Below are positions 51,313 through 63,354 of a stretch of 64,000 nucleotides of DNA, piece after piece; position 1 is the stretch's first letter; every line of letters starts with the position of its first letter. The DNA is from Camelus dromedarius. Its lineage: Eukaryota. Both the position numbers and the translations under genes were made by a program. The stretch spans positions 75,456,001-75,520,000 of the forward strand of contig NC_087436.1 in the NCBI RefSeq assembly GCF_036321535.1, in the 5' to 3' direction. The notes under the pieces were generated by a model. The model saw only the letters and a list, made by a program, of their open reading frames with translations, was not told the origin of the DNA and did no database searches.

Positions 51313-51888
51313 CGTTGAGCCCCTGGGACATGCCCCGCCGAGTGTGGGTCCTTGGCTTTTCGCAGGAAAGAATTCAAGAGCGAGCCACAGCTGAGTGAAG
51401 GTAGATTTATTCAGAGAGATACATTGAAAGGCAAGAGAAAGGCCACGAGGTGTGGGGGTTGGGTGCTCAGATTAAAAGTAGGTACACACTCCATAGACAG
51501 AATGTGGACTGTCTCCGAAGAGGGAGAGAGGGGGGTGGCCTCGAGGCACTGTGTTGCTAGTTTTTATGCGCTTGGTGGCTTCATATGCTAATAAATGGAA
51601 GGACCAGTCTAAGTAGCCTGGGGAAGGGATTCCCAGAAAGTTGGCCATTTCCTACTCTTTGACCTTTTGTGGCTAGCCTTGGGACTGCCTTGGTGCCTAT
51701 GGGTGTGTTATTCACCATGGTAATATATTACAATAGACATATAATGAAGCTCAAGATCTACTAGAAGTTAAATCTTTCATCATCCTGAGCCTCAAGGCCT
51801 CCTGGGGGTTGAACCTTCCACCATTTTGATGTTAATTGCTGCAGCATTCCTTGAATGGCTGTGCCCTGCCCCCTTCCATCCTGTCTCA
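51313..51888 (-). mobile_element. Solo ERV LTR (ERV1-like), antisense to FRAS1
   Basis: Minus strand starts TGAGACAGGATGG, has a CATAAAAA TATA-like motif near 51565 and AATAAA near 51408; aggaaagaattcaagagcgagcc resembles ERV1 U5 sequence; TSD not clear. Confidence 0.8.
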
Positions 51889-54149
51889 AAACTGCTGTTC
51901 TGAAATCCTCAAGAAGACAGGAGCCCTCCTCGTTCTGGTGGGACAGTCACTGACTGTCAAGCTAGTATCCTCCATGGCCCCTCCAACATCCCCCAGAATG
52001 GTCTCAATTTCACATACTCAGTTTGGGGACCAGCACCTCCAACCACACTGTCTTCACTCATTTTGTCCCGCTCTCTAAATCCCATGCACATTCAAACCTC
52101 TAGTATTCTACAGCAATTGTGGTCTCTCACTTAATTGCTGAGTGTCTTGTGAAGGGGACTGACTGCTTCACGTGATATTCCTGTCTCCTCCATTCTGTTC
52201 AGGCAACGAGTATTCGCTGAGCCTCTTCCACATCCCAGGCCCTGGGATACAGCAGTGAACTGACAGAAAACTGCGCTGTGGCTCAGCAACTTACTTTCTC
52301 AATGGGAGGAGAGTGTCAGTAAATAAAGAAAGAAATAAGATCGTTCCCAGTGGTCACCACAATTTGAACCCATTACTTGCAGTGCTATAAAGACAGTTTA
52401 AAAGGTATATTATAGGACGTGACTGATCATTGAGACAAGGACAGGTCTTACACTCCTGAATTCCCTACAATGATAAGCACATATAAGGCCCTTGGAACAA
52501 TTTTTGATTGAAAAAAGTGTGATTTAAACCATCGCACAGAGTAGAAAGCACAGGAATGTAGGGGCATGCCTAGACTCTGGCTCACCTGTGACCAGACTTC
52601 CATTCAGCTTCTGTTATCTACTCCCTGTCAGCAATTCCTCGCTAGGTGTGGCCTCGGGAAAATTACAGAATCTTGTTTTCCCCACCCTCTTTTTCTTATC
52701 TTCATTTACCTCCCCTTTAAGATAATTGAGTGCCTTATCAGTGCTGAAAAGGTGATTCTTTAAAAACAAAAAAACAAAAAGCAAATAAACAAACAGAAAA
52801 ACCCACAACTGTCCCTGGAACTTGGGTAGCCTCCGTGGAGTGCTTTAAGCCATTCAGAAGGGAGGACAACTGGATGGCCCTCCTAGAAAGTATGTTTCTT
52901 GAGTAGACTAGACCCAGTGAAGCAGGTGACAATGGGATTCCAAATCCCCTCCCTCGTTGGACATTCTTGTAAAGGATACGTGGAGAGAAGAAAGAAGCAG
53001 CAGCTGGTGGTGTCTTGGCTGGGACCTCTGCTGTAGCAGGCTGTGTTTGGCATTTGTCTGTGCTGCGTATAGGCCCTTGCTGTGTTTGCCAGAAGACAGA
53101 CGATGGAACAAAAGGATCAGGTACCAGCAGGGAAAGCCCGTCACAACTGCCAGGGAGTTTATCTTCCAGACAGATCCCATTCTTCCTGACAAATCTGAAC
53201 CCCAAAATATTTCAGCTCTGGATTACAAAGTAGCGACAAGTCTTCTGGCTCCCCGCCCAGTTCCTAGGGCTCTCAGTTATTTTAGCCAGACTGTGTGGCG
53301 TACATTCCTTCTCTCCCTTCTGCATTCCCCACCCCAGCACTCTCCCTGTTCCACCCCTGCTCCCTTTTTGTGCTGCCCGCAGAGCGCCCAGCACCTCCAT
53401 GCTCTCGCTGCCCAGATCTGAGCAGGCTGTGCCCGTGAGCCAAGAAGTCTGAGAACTCACCCATCAGCTCGGTTTGGGTTGGTGGTCCCTCCTTTGACTC
53501 TTCAGTTTCTGTAGACAAGTGGACTCGAGGGATTACTGGGAAAATCAATAACCATTTAATTAACAGGGGCTGGGGAAAAACCCAGGGGGTCTTAGCAGCC
53601 AAGGGTGGCCAGTGGTCACAGTGGATGAGTGGAATCTGAGAGTTCTGTTTGGCTCATCCAGCTATATGCCTAGGTGGTTACTGTATTTGAAAACCGGGGG
53701 GTGGGGGGGCAGGGTAGGGTGCTGCTGTATTGTAGATTTAGGAATGTAGTGGGCATGGGTCAGCAGACCGAAAGGATAACCTGAGAGTGTTCCTGAGGAG
53801 CCAAATGTCTGCCTTTATCCTCTGACTTAAGTACCAACAAAAAGCTAGCCTGCTTGTAAATCTCTCCCCATGTGGACCTGCCAAAGCCTCTGTCAGCTGG
53901 GAGGTCGTTCCTTCAGTTCAAGCTCTATGTCTACAAAAGACTATGCTAAAAATTCAGATACGTCACCCAAGATGAGTAAATCATTCAGCTGTATCACGAA
54001 TGTGGTTAATAGATTAACTCTTTACCCAGCATGTGCCTTAGGGAAAAGGACTACAGGTTTTTTTTCTCCTTTAGTCATTTTTCCCCATAAGTAACAAATG
54101 AATTCATTTAATAAACTCAGTGAAATTCAAGGCACGTAAAAATCAGTGA

Positions 54150-55360
54150 AAATCCCTGACTCAGGCTCTCCCAAATCATGGCTGTTAGTATTGTGATGAA
54201 TGTCTTCCTAATTTATGTCCTGTGTGTGTGTGTTGTGTACACAGACAGACATAGATGCATTTATTTATTTTTCAACAGTGAAATCGCACTCTATGTATAG
54301 TTTTATTGCCTGCTTTCCCTGTGTTATTTATTATCCGTCTACAACATCTTTTAAAGCTGTTGTATAACTTTCCATCTGTAGCCATCTAAGAATTCATTTA
54401 GCCAAGCCTCTGTTGTTTGGCGCTGCTTCCTAATTTTTCCATTGTCATAACCACGATGTAAACATTTTGAATAGAAATTGTGGTAAATATGTTTGATTGA
54501 GGTAAATTCTTAGGTGATTGCTGGGTCCAAGTGTATATATGTACATTTTTAAGTTTTCAGCACATACTAATATATTATTCTCTTTTAAAGAAGTTGTAGT
54601 TTGCACTCCTACTGGAAGCACACGAGAGTGCCTCCCTCCCACCACCCTTGTCAATATGAGGTGTTAGGAGTCTTCTTAACTTTGTCAACTTGATTGATGT
54701 AAAAAGCAATCTTGATTATCTATTTATTTATACTTATTTTGGGGATTTATATGAAGGACGTTGATTTACCATATATATCTGTTCATGGCCCTTTTTCATC
54801 AGTGGCCTGGGCCAGGCCATTCTCTTGTTTATCTGTCTGTCTGTCTGCCTGTCCGCCCACTCCTTTTGTTCCTGTAGCCTATTCTCACTTTCCTTCTCCC
54901 CAGCTCCCCACTTAAATAACTATTCTAATGCAATTTAATGTGGATTTTTAATATGTATGTGTTCTTATAGTCTTGTATGTATGTACTTTAAATATTCATA
55001 CATATTACTAGGTAGATATCTCATACTTTTCCTTTTCTTAACTTTAAAGACTTTCTTAGAGCAGCTGTCAAGTTCACAGCAAAAATAAAAGGAAAGCACA
55101 GAGATCCCCCATTCACTCCCTGCCACCATGCATACATAGCCTCCCCCATTATCCACATCCCCCACCAAGTGGTACCTTTGTTACAATGGATGAACCGTTC
55201 ATTTACTTTTTTTTCCCTCACCAAGCATTGTTTCTGAGATGGATGCCCGTTGCTATGTGCACATCCAATCCATTGCACCTAGCTGCTGCTCTCCTGTGAA
55301 ATTTGCATATCTCTGGTTATTCATGAGGCTGCAGATTCTTTTCATGTGTTGATATTTTTT
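54150..55360 (-). mobile_element. Cluster of ancient L1M 3' fragments, including an L1MC/MD-like terminus at ~55035-55205
   Basis: attgctgggtccaagtgtat, tttgtcaacttgattgatgtaaaa; ttagagcagctgtcaagttcacagcaaaa..tttgttacaatggatgaacc. Confidence 0.65.
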
Positions 55361-57137
55361 CTATTACGAAGTCTCTTAAGAACATAGGGGTTTTCAGAAC
55401 ATGTGGAGACCAGACATTCCAATTTCAGAGTGTAAAGTTTTCTGCTGGCCCAGGGAGGAAGGTTGAGGGCAGAAACTAGACAGGGGACAAAAGCAGTTGG
55501 TAGTAAAAGAATCAAAAAGGATGATGACTCAGTGAACTTCTCCTTTTAGATTTGTCTGGCATTTGTGCCTCCTAGACTAGTAGCCTTGGCCTCAGATGAG
55601 ACCGTGACGCGAGGAACGGAGCACAGTCTGCCCGGCATCTGGGCTTCACCATGACCTTCACAGAGCTATTCTCAGTCACTTTCCAAAGGGCTTTTGTTGA
55701 GGTTTTGTAGCAATTGCAAAAAAAGAGCTCCAGGGTCTGGGGCTCTGGGAGAGGCTGGAGCCCCTTTATGTAACTGCTGGAATAATTCCTGCGGGCTTCT
55801 CCGTTACTTCCCTCCACTCCCGTTCTGAGTGGACCTCCCTTTCCCAGAGTCTTTGTTGTCCTTTCCTCTTCTGCCTTGCGTTACGTTTTAATTTGCTTCC
55901 TTTCTAATCACTTGGCTTTTGATGCCAGTTGAAGCAAGATTTGCTGGATCTCGCAGGGTGTGCCACTTGTGTGATCACAGGCAACATTCTCTGCTTTCTC
56001 AAACATGTCATCTCACCAAATCCCCATGAATGAAGTGCAACAAATATTATTACTCCCCCTTTACAGGTTAGGAAAGCAAGCAACAGTGAAGTTGAGTTTA
56101 AGACAGAACATTTTTGCATCCAGCAAGAGCTTCTTACTGGAAATTGACCCATTGTCTCCTGATAATACTTTAAAATTTGGCAAGTACTTCCTAGTCATTT
56201 GTGAGATGTGAATGAAAGTTATCAGTTGTCACAAAATGGATAAGGAACAGGATGAAGGAATTTGCCTTGTGTATGATGTCCTTGCTTGTGCCTGGATTTT
56301 GGGCTGTTTCATTTAATGGCGAGTAGAAACTTCTTGGCATTTAGGAAATCTGAACTGCAGCCTCACGGATGACTCTGAAAAGGTCTGCTGATCAAGGGTG
56401 CTGATTCCCTGGTGATGGCAGGTGAACATATTCCAAAAGACCACGGGAAAGTTGGGGAACCAAGGCTCCTTCTCTTTCCCGAGGGTCAGTTTGCACTGAA
56501 GGCTGAGCCCATGGGAATCTGTGCCCCCTGCCTGGGATCTGGGAAGGCTTCCTGGAAATCAGAAGTAGTTCACAGGAAATGTTTTAACACATCCCTAGAA
56601 AAGGGCTGCATTTTATTCTTGGAGTAGCATAGGTTAACATTTTTGACAGCAACCTTCTATTTCAAAATTATCAAGTACAGAAAAGAAGTTTGTTATTTTT
56701 AGAGTAGAGTTTCAGTATAGGGTTGCCAAAAGAAGAGTAATTCATTCCTTTTCATTTTGAGATGAATTGCTCAGCAAGCCAACACATGTCTTGTTATGCT
56801 CCAGAAAAGTCAGGGGCTCTCCTAAATAAATTATCTACTACACGTGAGATAAGAAGAAGGCTTTCTCTTATTCGTCCTCTGTTTTAATTTATTACCACAA
56901 TTTTCACAACATACACTTCAAACCCTGGGTGATCTGAAATGTATCACTAAGAGAAATTATGGCGAGAAGTCAGGGACTGACCTTTTATTTTTTGTAATAA
57001 CCCAAATGTAATAAAATCCACATGGAAAATAAGCCTGCAAGAAGAGATTATCTGCAGTGGCATATGTTCAGTGTGAGAAATTAGAAATCAATTGCAAAAC
57101 ACAGTGGGAGTATGTCATTATAAGAAATGACAGCTCA

Positions 57138-57163
57138 AAAAAAAAAAAAAAAAGGGGCAAGAA
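57138..57163 (+). mobile_element. Poly(A)-only retro-insertion with a perfect 16-bp TSD
   Basis: aagaaatgacagctca at 57122-57137 and 57164-57179 flanks A16-ggggcaagaa. Confidence 0.85.
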
Positions 57164-59029
57164 AAGAAATGACAGCTCAGCATAGTCCTGTGTTGACATA
57201 CCAGTCCCTTCTGCTGTCCTGCCTGGCCGTGGGTCTCGTCTTTTATTCTATATGGAAAAGAGAAGGGCCAGCATCACATTTGGTACATTACACAGATGCA
57301 GCGCAAGCTTTCGTCAGCATAAGCAGATCTGGACTCCAGCATTTATTAGACAAAATTTAGATCTTAACATCTTCATATCATTTCTTCAGGCTTTGACCTC
57401 ATGGTTAGTTGTTTCCATGTGGAAGGTAGCAGGATGAACCCCCCATAACCAATGAAAAGATCTGCTGTGCATTCATTTAATGTGCATTTAATAAGTTCTG
57501 ACTTTGTACCAGAAATCAATCTGGATACCAGGGGTTTAAGATGATAAAACATGGCCCCTATTTTGGAGGATATTACATTCCATTGAAGGGGATTGATTAA
57601 CAGAGTAATTAATACTGTAGGATAACTCACATGAGAGGCATGTACAAAGAGCTGCAGAAACACAGAGGAAGGAGTAGCTGACTTTGGACAAGTTCAGCCA
57701 AGCTGCAAGAAGTAGCGGCTTAGGAGGCCTCTCAGGTGTAAACAGGATTACAGGGGCTATGGAAGGGGTCAGAGGGATTTCCAACTCGGTCAATCCTGTG
57801 TGGGGCATCTGGAACCGATGCACAGGCACGTGGCATGCTTGGGGTACCCTGCTTCACAAAACTGGCTTGCTTCAGGGAGGTAGCACAAGGCAGGGCTGAA
57901 ATGCTAAGTAGGGCTCGGTTTGTGACGGACCTGAGTGCCATCCCTAAGTCTGTGGCTTCTATCCTGCTCAGCCTTTGACCCCCATTCTGATTGGCAGTAC
58001 CAGGAGCAATATTAAAACTATTTAACAAGCAGTATGGCACAGATCAGGTCAGTCGGAAGGAGGGAGACCCGAGACCCTCTCCTGTGTCAGACCTTTCGGT
58101 TGCTGGATCGTGGTGTCTGCCAGGGTTCCCAGGGCGGAAGCCACAGTATCAGGGAGGGGGCCAGAATGACAGCCGTTTACCAACCAGGTTGGAAGTATTG
58201 TTACTGTTTTCACAGCCAGTGCAGCAGTGTCTATACTGCCTTCAGACAGTCCCCTAAAGAACTGGGGGTTTTGCTTTAATTTCTCATCTCCGTGCCCGCT
58301 GGATAAAGATGGTTTCATCCTTTAAGGATGTCTTGAGTTAATTACCCTCTTTAAAGTAAGCGCTCCAAAAGCAAAACTGATCGATTCCTCTGCCCTGATG
58401 AAAACTTTTATGGGATGAAGTCCAAAGTCCTTACCCCTGGCCTCATGACCTGGCCCCTGTTGCCTTTTTTGCCCCCCTCCCTGTCATCCCCTCAGGCGCT
58501 TACTCCCTGGTGCCCCTGTGTTCACCTGTGGCGAGCTGGGAAGGCCTCCCAGGCCAGCCCGGCGTCTTGCATGTAGTACGTGCTTCTGTTGAACATTGAT
58601 ATACAGACCAGCCTGGCGTGCCTTCTTAGAAATGCACTTGGGTTTTTGTTTGTTTAGGTAACGGCTTTGAATCAGCTCCCGAGTCAGTAAGGCAGAGGCA
58701 CTTAACAGTGATAGACACTTCAGATAGTGACTCTAGTCAGTCACTAGAGAGTAGCTAAATAAATGAATGACAGATTTCATGTGTATTCAGGGTAGACTTT
58801 GTCACCGGGATCTTTGCATCCACATATTTAGTTATGTTGTAGTGTCAGTGGCTTATCTCAACACAACGTTCTCAGGCACCACTTATAAATAAGGTGTTAA
58901 ATGTAAGTGAAGTTTGTAGGCCACTGAGCTGTGTGCTCAGCACAGAGTTAACAAAAGAGATATGGACTCTGCCCTCATGAACCTTACGGTCTAGCGAGGG
59001 AACCAGATGATAAATAAGTAAACTTTCCT

Positions 59030-59545
59030 CCGCCTCTGCTTTCCATCTGCCATTGTCATCTCTTACCTGGACCAGAGCCGTTGACTCCCTACTGGTCTCC
59101 CTGCTGGCATGTAAGTCCATAACCCCTCTCTACATGGCAGCCAGAGAGAGCTTTTAAAAATCTAAATCACGGCTTCTGTCTATCCTATTTAAAAAGCCCA
59201 TTCATGACTCCCATTGCAGGTAGGATAAAAATCCTAATTTCTTTCCATGGTCTCCAAGGTCAAGTCTGATAGGGTCCCTGCCTACCCTTCCAGCCATGAA
59301 TCAGGAACACTGTGCCCCACTATGTCCACTGGGTCCAGCCACAAGGGGAGCCTTCAGTTCCTTGAACTCCCAAGCTCCTTCCCGTCTCAGGAGCTTTGTT
59401 TGTGCTGCTCTCTGGCTCTCCCCAGGGCTGGTCACGTCTCGTCCTTTAGAACTGCCTTAAGTCAATCCCTTTCTGTCCTACTACTGTTATTCTCTGTCAA
59501 AGCACTCTTCTTATCACTTACCACACTTTGCAATTATGTCTGAAT
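59030..59545 (+). mobile_element. L2 LINE fragment
   Basis: catctcttacctggac..ctactggtctccctgct..gcagccagagagagcttttaaaaatctaaatc. Confidence 0.75.
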
Positions 59546-60663
59546 TTGTTGGGGACAAAAGTTTTCTGAAATTAAGGCCTTTTTGTGCAGTCTGGAATTG
59601 AGGAGAGGATTGGATCTTAAGATTTTCAATTCAGGCATCCTTTCTTCTGATTCTAAAGGGATCCCTAATTAAGTTACTTAGGTATAGTTCTCAAGTCACC
59701 TGTAACCAGCAAAAGCGTTCTCCCTGCCAATTTTGGTCAGAATGGGTACCTATGAAAAATAGATGATGCTCCATTGTGAAGCCAACATTTTGAAAATCAG
59801 GATGCATTAACAGAGGCATGGGTGGGGTTAGCCATACGGACAGTTAACCAAACAATATATTTACTCATTCAGAATAGTCCTCTCTTTATAGATCTGCTAA
59901 GGTAAAGAGCAAGCATGAATGTAATTAAAAATCAAATGCTGGAAGAGGAGGACATTTTCAAGTCTTAAAGGAACAACTTTTGTCTAAAAATAACGTATAG
60001 TTAGAAATCTAAGGTATAAGAGAAAGTCAAGCTTCATGAGTACTCAAGATATATGTTTAGAGCAGATGCTACGGGGGTGGGGAGGGGGATGACCAGAGGC
60101 TGAGTTGTAAGATTTGTGAGGGAGGACAGAAGGAAGACGGCGGGGGTTGGGGGAGAGAAGGGTGCGGAGAGATGGAAAGGGAGGGAAAGAGCCCTGGGAA
60201 CCAAGCAGTACCAGGTCCCTCAAGGTCTAATCAAGGATTGGAGTACCTGGCACCCCTCCTTAGCTGATTCTTGATGCACTGGAGGTAAGAGCAGTCATCC
60301 TCTTGGCACTTTGTTGTGTGGTTACAAAACGCAGGGTGATGGAGGGCCATCTGATTTCATTAGACAGACCACGTATGTCTAGAAAATTATGATTCCCTTG
60401 CCTGTGACTCCCAGTGCTCAAAAGCCTCTGATTTCCTGTTCTCATTCTCTTAGTGATAATTTATTGAAGTTGTGTTTCTGGCCAACAGAAATAGGATTTT
60501 TTGGGGTGGATTTTTTTTTTCTCCTGTGGTGCACATATGTGCACGGTGGTTTAGGATTGAAGGAGCCAACATTCTCCTTATAAATTCTAAAACATTTGAA
60601 AGAAAAATCACAGCCTTTCCTTCCTACTATCGGTTGTTCACTGATTGTGCTGTTTGCCTGCAG

Positions 60664-60807
60664 CCTGCCACGAGTCCTGTGTGGCCTGCTGGGGCCCCAC
60701 CGAGAAGCACTGCCTGGCCTGCAGTGACCCGCTCCACGTGCTGAGGGAGGGCAGCTGTCAGAGCAGCTGTGGCGACGGGTTTTACAACAAACAGGGGACC
60801 TGCAGTG
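60664..60807 (+). CDS. FRAS1: FRAS1 exon 15 equivalent, 144 nt, furin-like repeat 3 (ACHESCVACWGPTEKHCLACSDPLHVLREGSCQSSCGDGFYNKQGTCS)
   Basis: gtttgcctgcag|CC acceptor, AGTG|gtgagt donor; phase 1-1. Confidence 0.97.
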
Positions 60808-61455
60808 GTGAGTGCCGGGCTTTGCAGATCAAAGCATCTTTTCCTCTTCCAGGATCCCTTGTTTTATTCAAATCATAGCACCAAAAATCAGTGTTTCTTT
60901 ACTCAACAAATATGCAAAGGCTGCTGACATTGACAGCGTCTTAGTAGTTTATGAAACGGTTTTCTTTTTCCCCCAACTGACAGCATCCCTTTTAACACCC
61001 CAGTCCTGCAACTACTTGTGAGGGTAACTGCTCACTCTAGCCTCGTCCTGCACGTGCAAACCACAAGGCTCAGGCTGCTCACTCCAGACCCACCGCTGTA
61101 GGGAGAGGCTTCCTTTCTCCAAATCCTAAACTCCCCATCAACGCCACATGGCCTTCCAAGTAGCGTGGGGACAAAGCCACTCAGGCCAGCTGAGGGCCAA
61201 CCTGCCTTTGGTGTTGGTATCACTGACTTAAAGCTGAAGTACTTATTGTCTGTTCTACCTTTTACACCGCTGCGTGGGAGTAAGAGTTAACCCGGCTTAG
61301 TGCTTCCTGTGCCCAGCACTGTTCCAAGAGCTTTCTAAACATTCGCCCACTGAGAAGCAGGAATGTATTGGGAGGGAAAGCATGACCTTGGGCAAGTTCC
61401 TTAATCTCTTCCCATGTTAGTTTCCCATTTGTAAAATGGGAACAACTGTGGTACC

Positions 61456-61912
61456 TGTGGTAGACAGAATACTGGTTCCTCAGAGATGTCCACGTCCTAA
61501 TCACCAGCACTTGTGAATAGCTGCCTCAGATGGCAAAAGGGACTTTGTAGGTGTGATTAAGACAAGGATCTTGAGTTGGGGGTGGTTATCCTGGGTTATC
61601 TGAATGGGCTGCTGTAATCACAAGGGTCCCTGTATGAGGGAGGCAGGAGTGTTGGAATCAGACAGGAAGATCTGAGACAGAGCAGAGGTCAGAGTGATGG
61701 TCAGAGTGTCAGGAAGGGGCCATGAGCATGCAGGCAGGAGCTGGGAAAAGACAAGGGAATGATCTAGCCATAGAGCTTCTGGAAGGACTGTAGTCCTGCT
61801 AATGCTTTGATTTTAGGACTTCTAATCTCTTAAGCTGTATAAGAAGTTTGTGTTGTTTTTAAGTCATTGAATTTATGGTCATTTGTTACAGCAGCAATGG
61901 GAAACTAACACA
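61456..61912 (+). mobile_element. MaLR solo LTR, MLT1D-like, inserted into a MIR
   Basis: TG..CA ends: tgtggtagacagaat..gatgtccacgtcctaatc..tttgttacagcagcaatgggaaactaacaca; MIR halves on both sides. Confidence 0.88.
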
Positions 61913-63221
61913 CACCCAATTCAGAAGGCTGTTGCTAGGATGAGTTAATGTATGCAGGGAATTTAGCACAGTGCCTGGCACAGAATACATGCTGTGTGAG
62001 TGTTTGGTGTTTAATCCTCACGACAAGTTCATGAGGTAGTTGTTACCATCCTTATTTTTCAGATGAAGAAATAGAGAGGCTAAGAAACTTGCCCAAGTCC
62101 CATAGCTCATAAGGGGCAGCGCTGGGACTCATGCTCGTTCTTCTGACTTCAGATCTTAACTGCCTCTTAACTGCTGTACTGCTGCAGTGACATAACATCT
62201 CCTTGTGCACCTCTGCCCGTTTTCCCTCTCTTCTTCTCGTTGTCCTCTCCCTGGCCCTCCTCTTCCCTTCCTTCTTGTCTTCCTGTCAGTCTTTAGATCA
62301 GCTGGCTGCCCTGTGGACATCGCCAGGTCCACAGGTAGGCACCAAATGGTGAAGGAAAGGTTCGAATTGAGTTTATTGTGATGGTCATACCTATTGAAAG
62401 GGTGTGATGACTTTTTTTTTAAATAACCAAGTCCACTAAGTCAGTAACAATCTGCAGTCCATAAAACTTCCTTGAGTTACAGTCCTCATTTTGTTTACTG
62501 ATCAGGGCAACAGTACAAATGAGATGATCCTGGGGACATGACAAACACACTTGTCTTAGAGGAGAGAGAGAGCTCTCAGCAGCTGCTGGCTGAAAGCTGT
62601 GCAGGGATCCATCCGCATCGCTGGTGTGAGAAATCTCACTCGATACAGACAAGTCACAGGTGGCTTCTGTGTGGATTTGGAAGAGAACAAGGAAAGAAAA
62701 GCAAGCTGCCATTACCCTGAGCATTTTAATCTTTTTCTGCCAGCATCACTTTCCTGCTCAATTAAGCCAGATGTATGCTCTAAAGGTCGGCAGATGTCAA
62801 GTTTGCACTAACTCAAAGGCCTCAAGGCATTTACCCTTTAACTCCCCGAGGACACTGGCTGCTGTCACTGACAAGGAGCCGGTGACACCGGCCTGCCACC
62901 GAGACGATAGTATCTGGAGTGAGAAGCAGCCTCTGCTAGGGAGCACGTGTACGTAAAAGGAGGGAGGGCTAGTGTGAGCCTGCGGCGGTGACGGGTGGGA
63001 ATGTTCTTGGGCTAAGAGGTTGAGTGAAGAAAGCCAGAGCTCCCTGCGGACTGGAAGAATTTAAAAAGAAGACTCCTGAACAGGTGGCCGAGGGAGAGAG
63101 TATATATCTGAAATGCTCTCTGTGTACATTTTGAAACAAAGCAGAAAGCAAATTTCCAAATAGGAGGATTGACCACTGCTGACAGTCAGCCAACCCATCA
63201 ATTGATCAAAAGGTAATTACT

Positions 63222-63354
63222 GGGGGAGGCTATACCTCAGGGTAGAGTACATGCTTAGTGTGCATGCATGAAGTCCTGGGTTCAATCCCCAGTAGCTCCA
63301 TGAAAATAAATACATAAACCGAATTACCTCCCCGAAAAAACAAATAAACAAAAA
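63222..63354 (+). mobile_element. tRNA-derived SINE, camelid Vic-1-like
   Basis: gggggaggctatacctcagggtagag (A box), gggttcaatccccagtagctcca (B box), A-rich tail; TSD aggtaattactg at 63211-63222 and 63356-63367. Confidence 0.92.

Noticed and set aside
52562..52571. Perfect p53/p63 half-site GGGCATGCCT
   Set aside because: Neighbouring decamers lack the CWWG core; single half-sites are expected by chance.
52738..53602. Cluster of overlapping 70-155 aa ORFs beside an A-rich run, as a processed pseudogene
   Set aside because: No recognisable protein in any frame and no TSD pair found.
63222..63300. tRNA gene (also the copy at 28340-28412)
   Set aside because: A and B boxes are followed by a SINE body, A-rich tail and TSD; these are SINEs.
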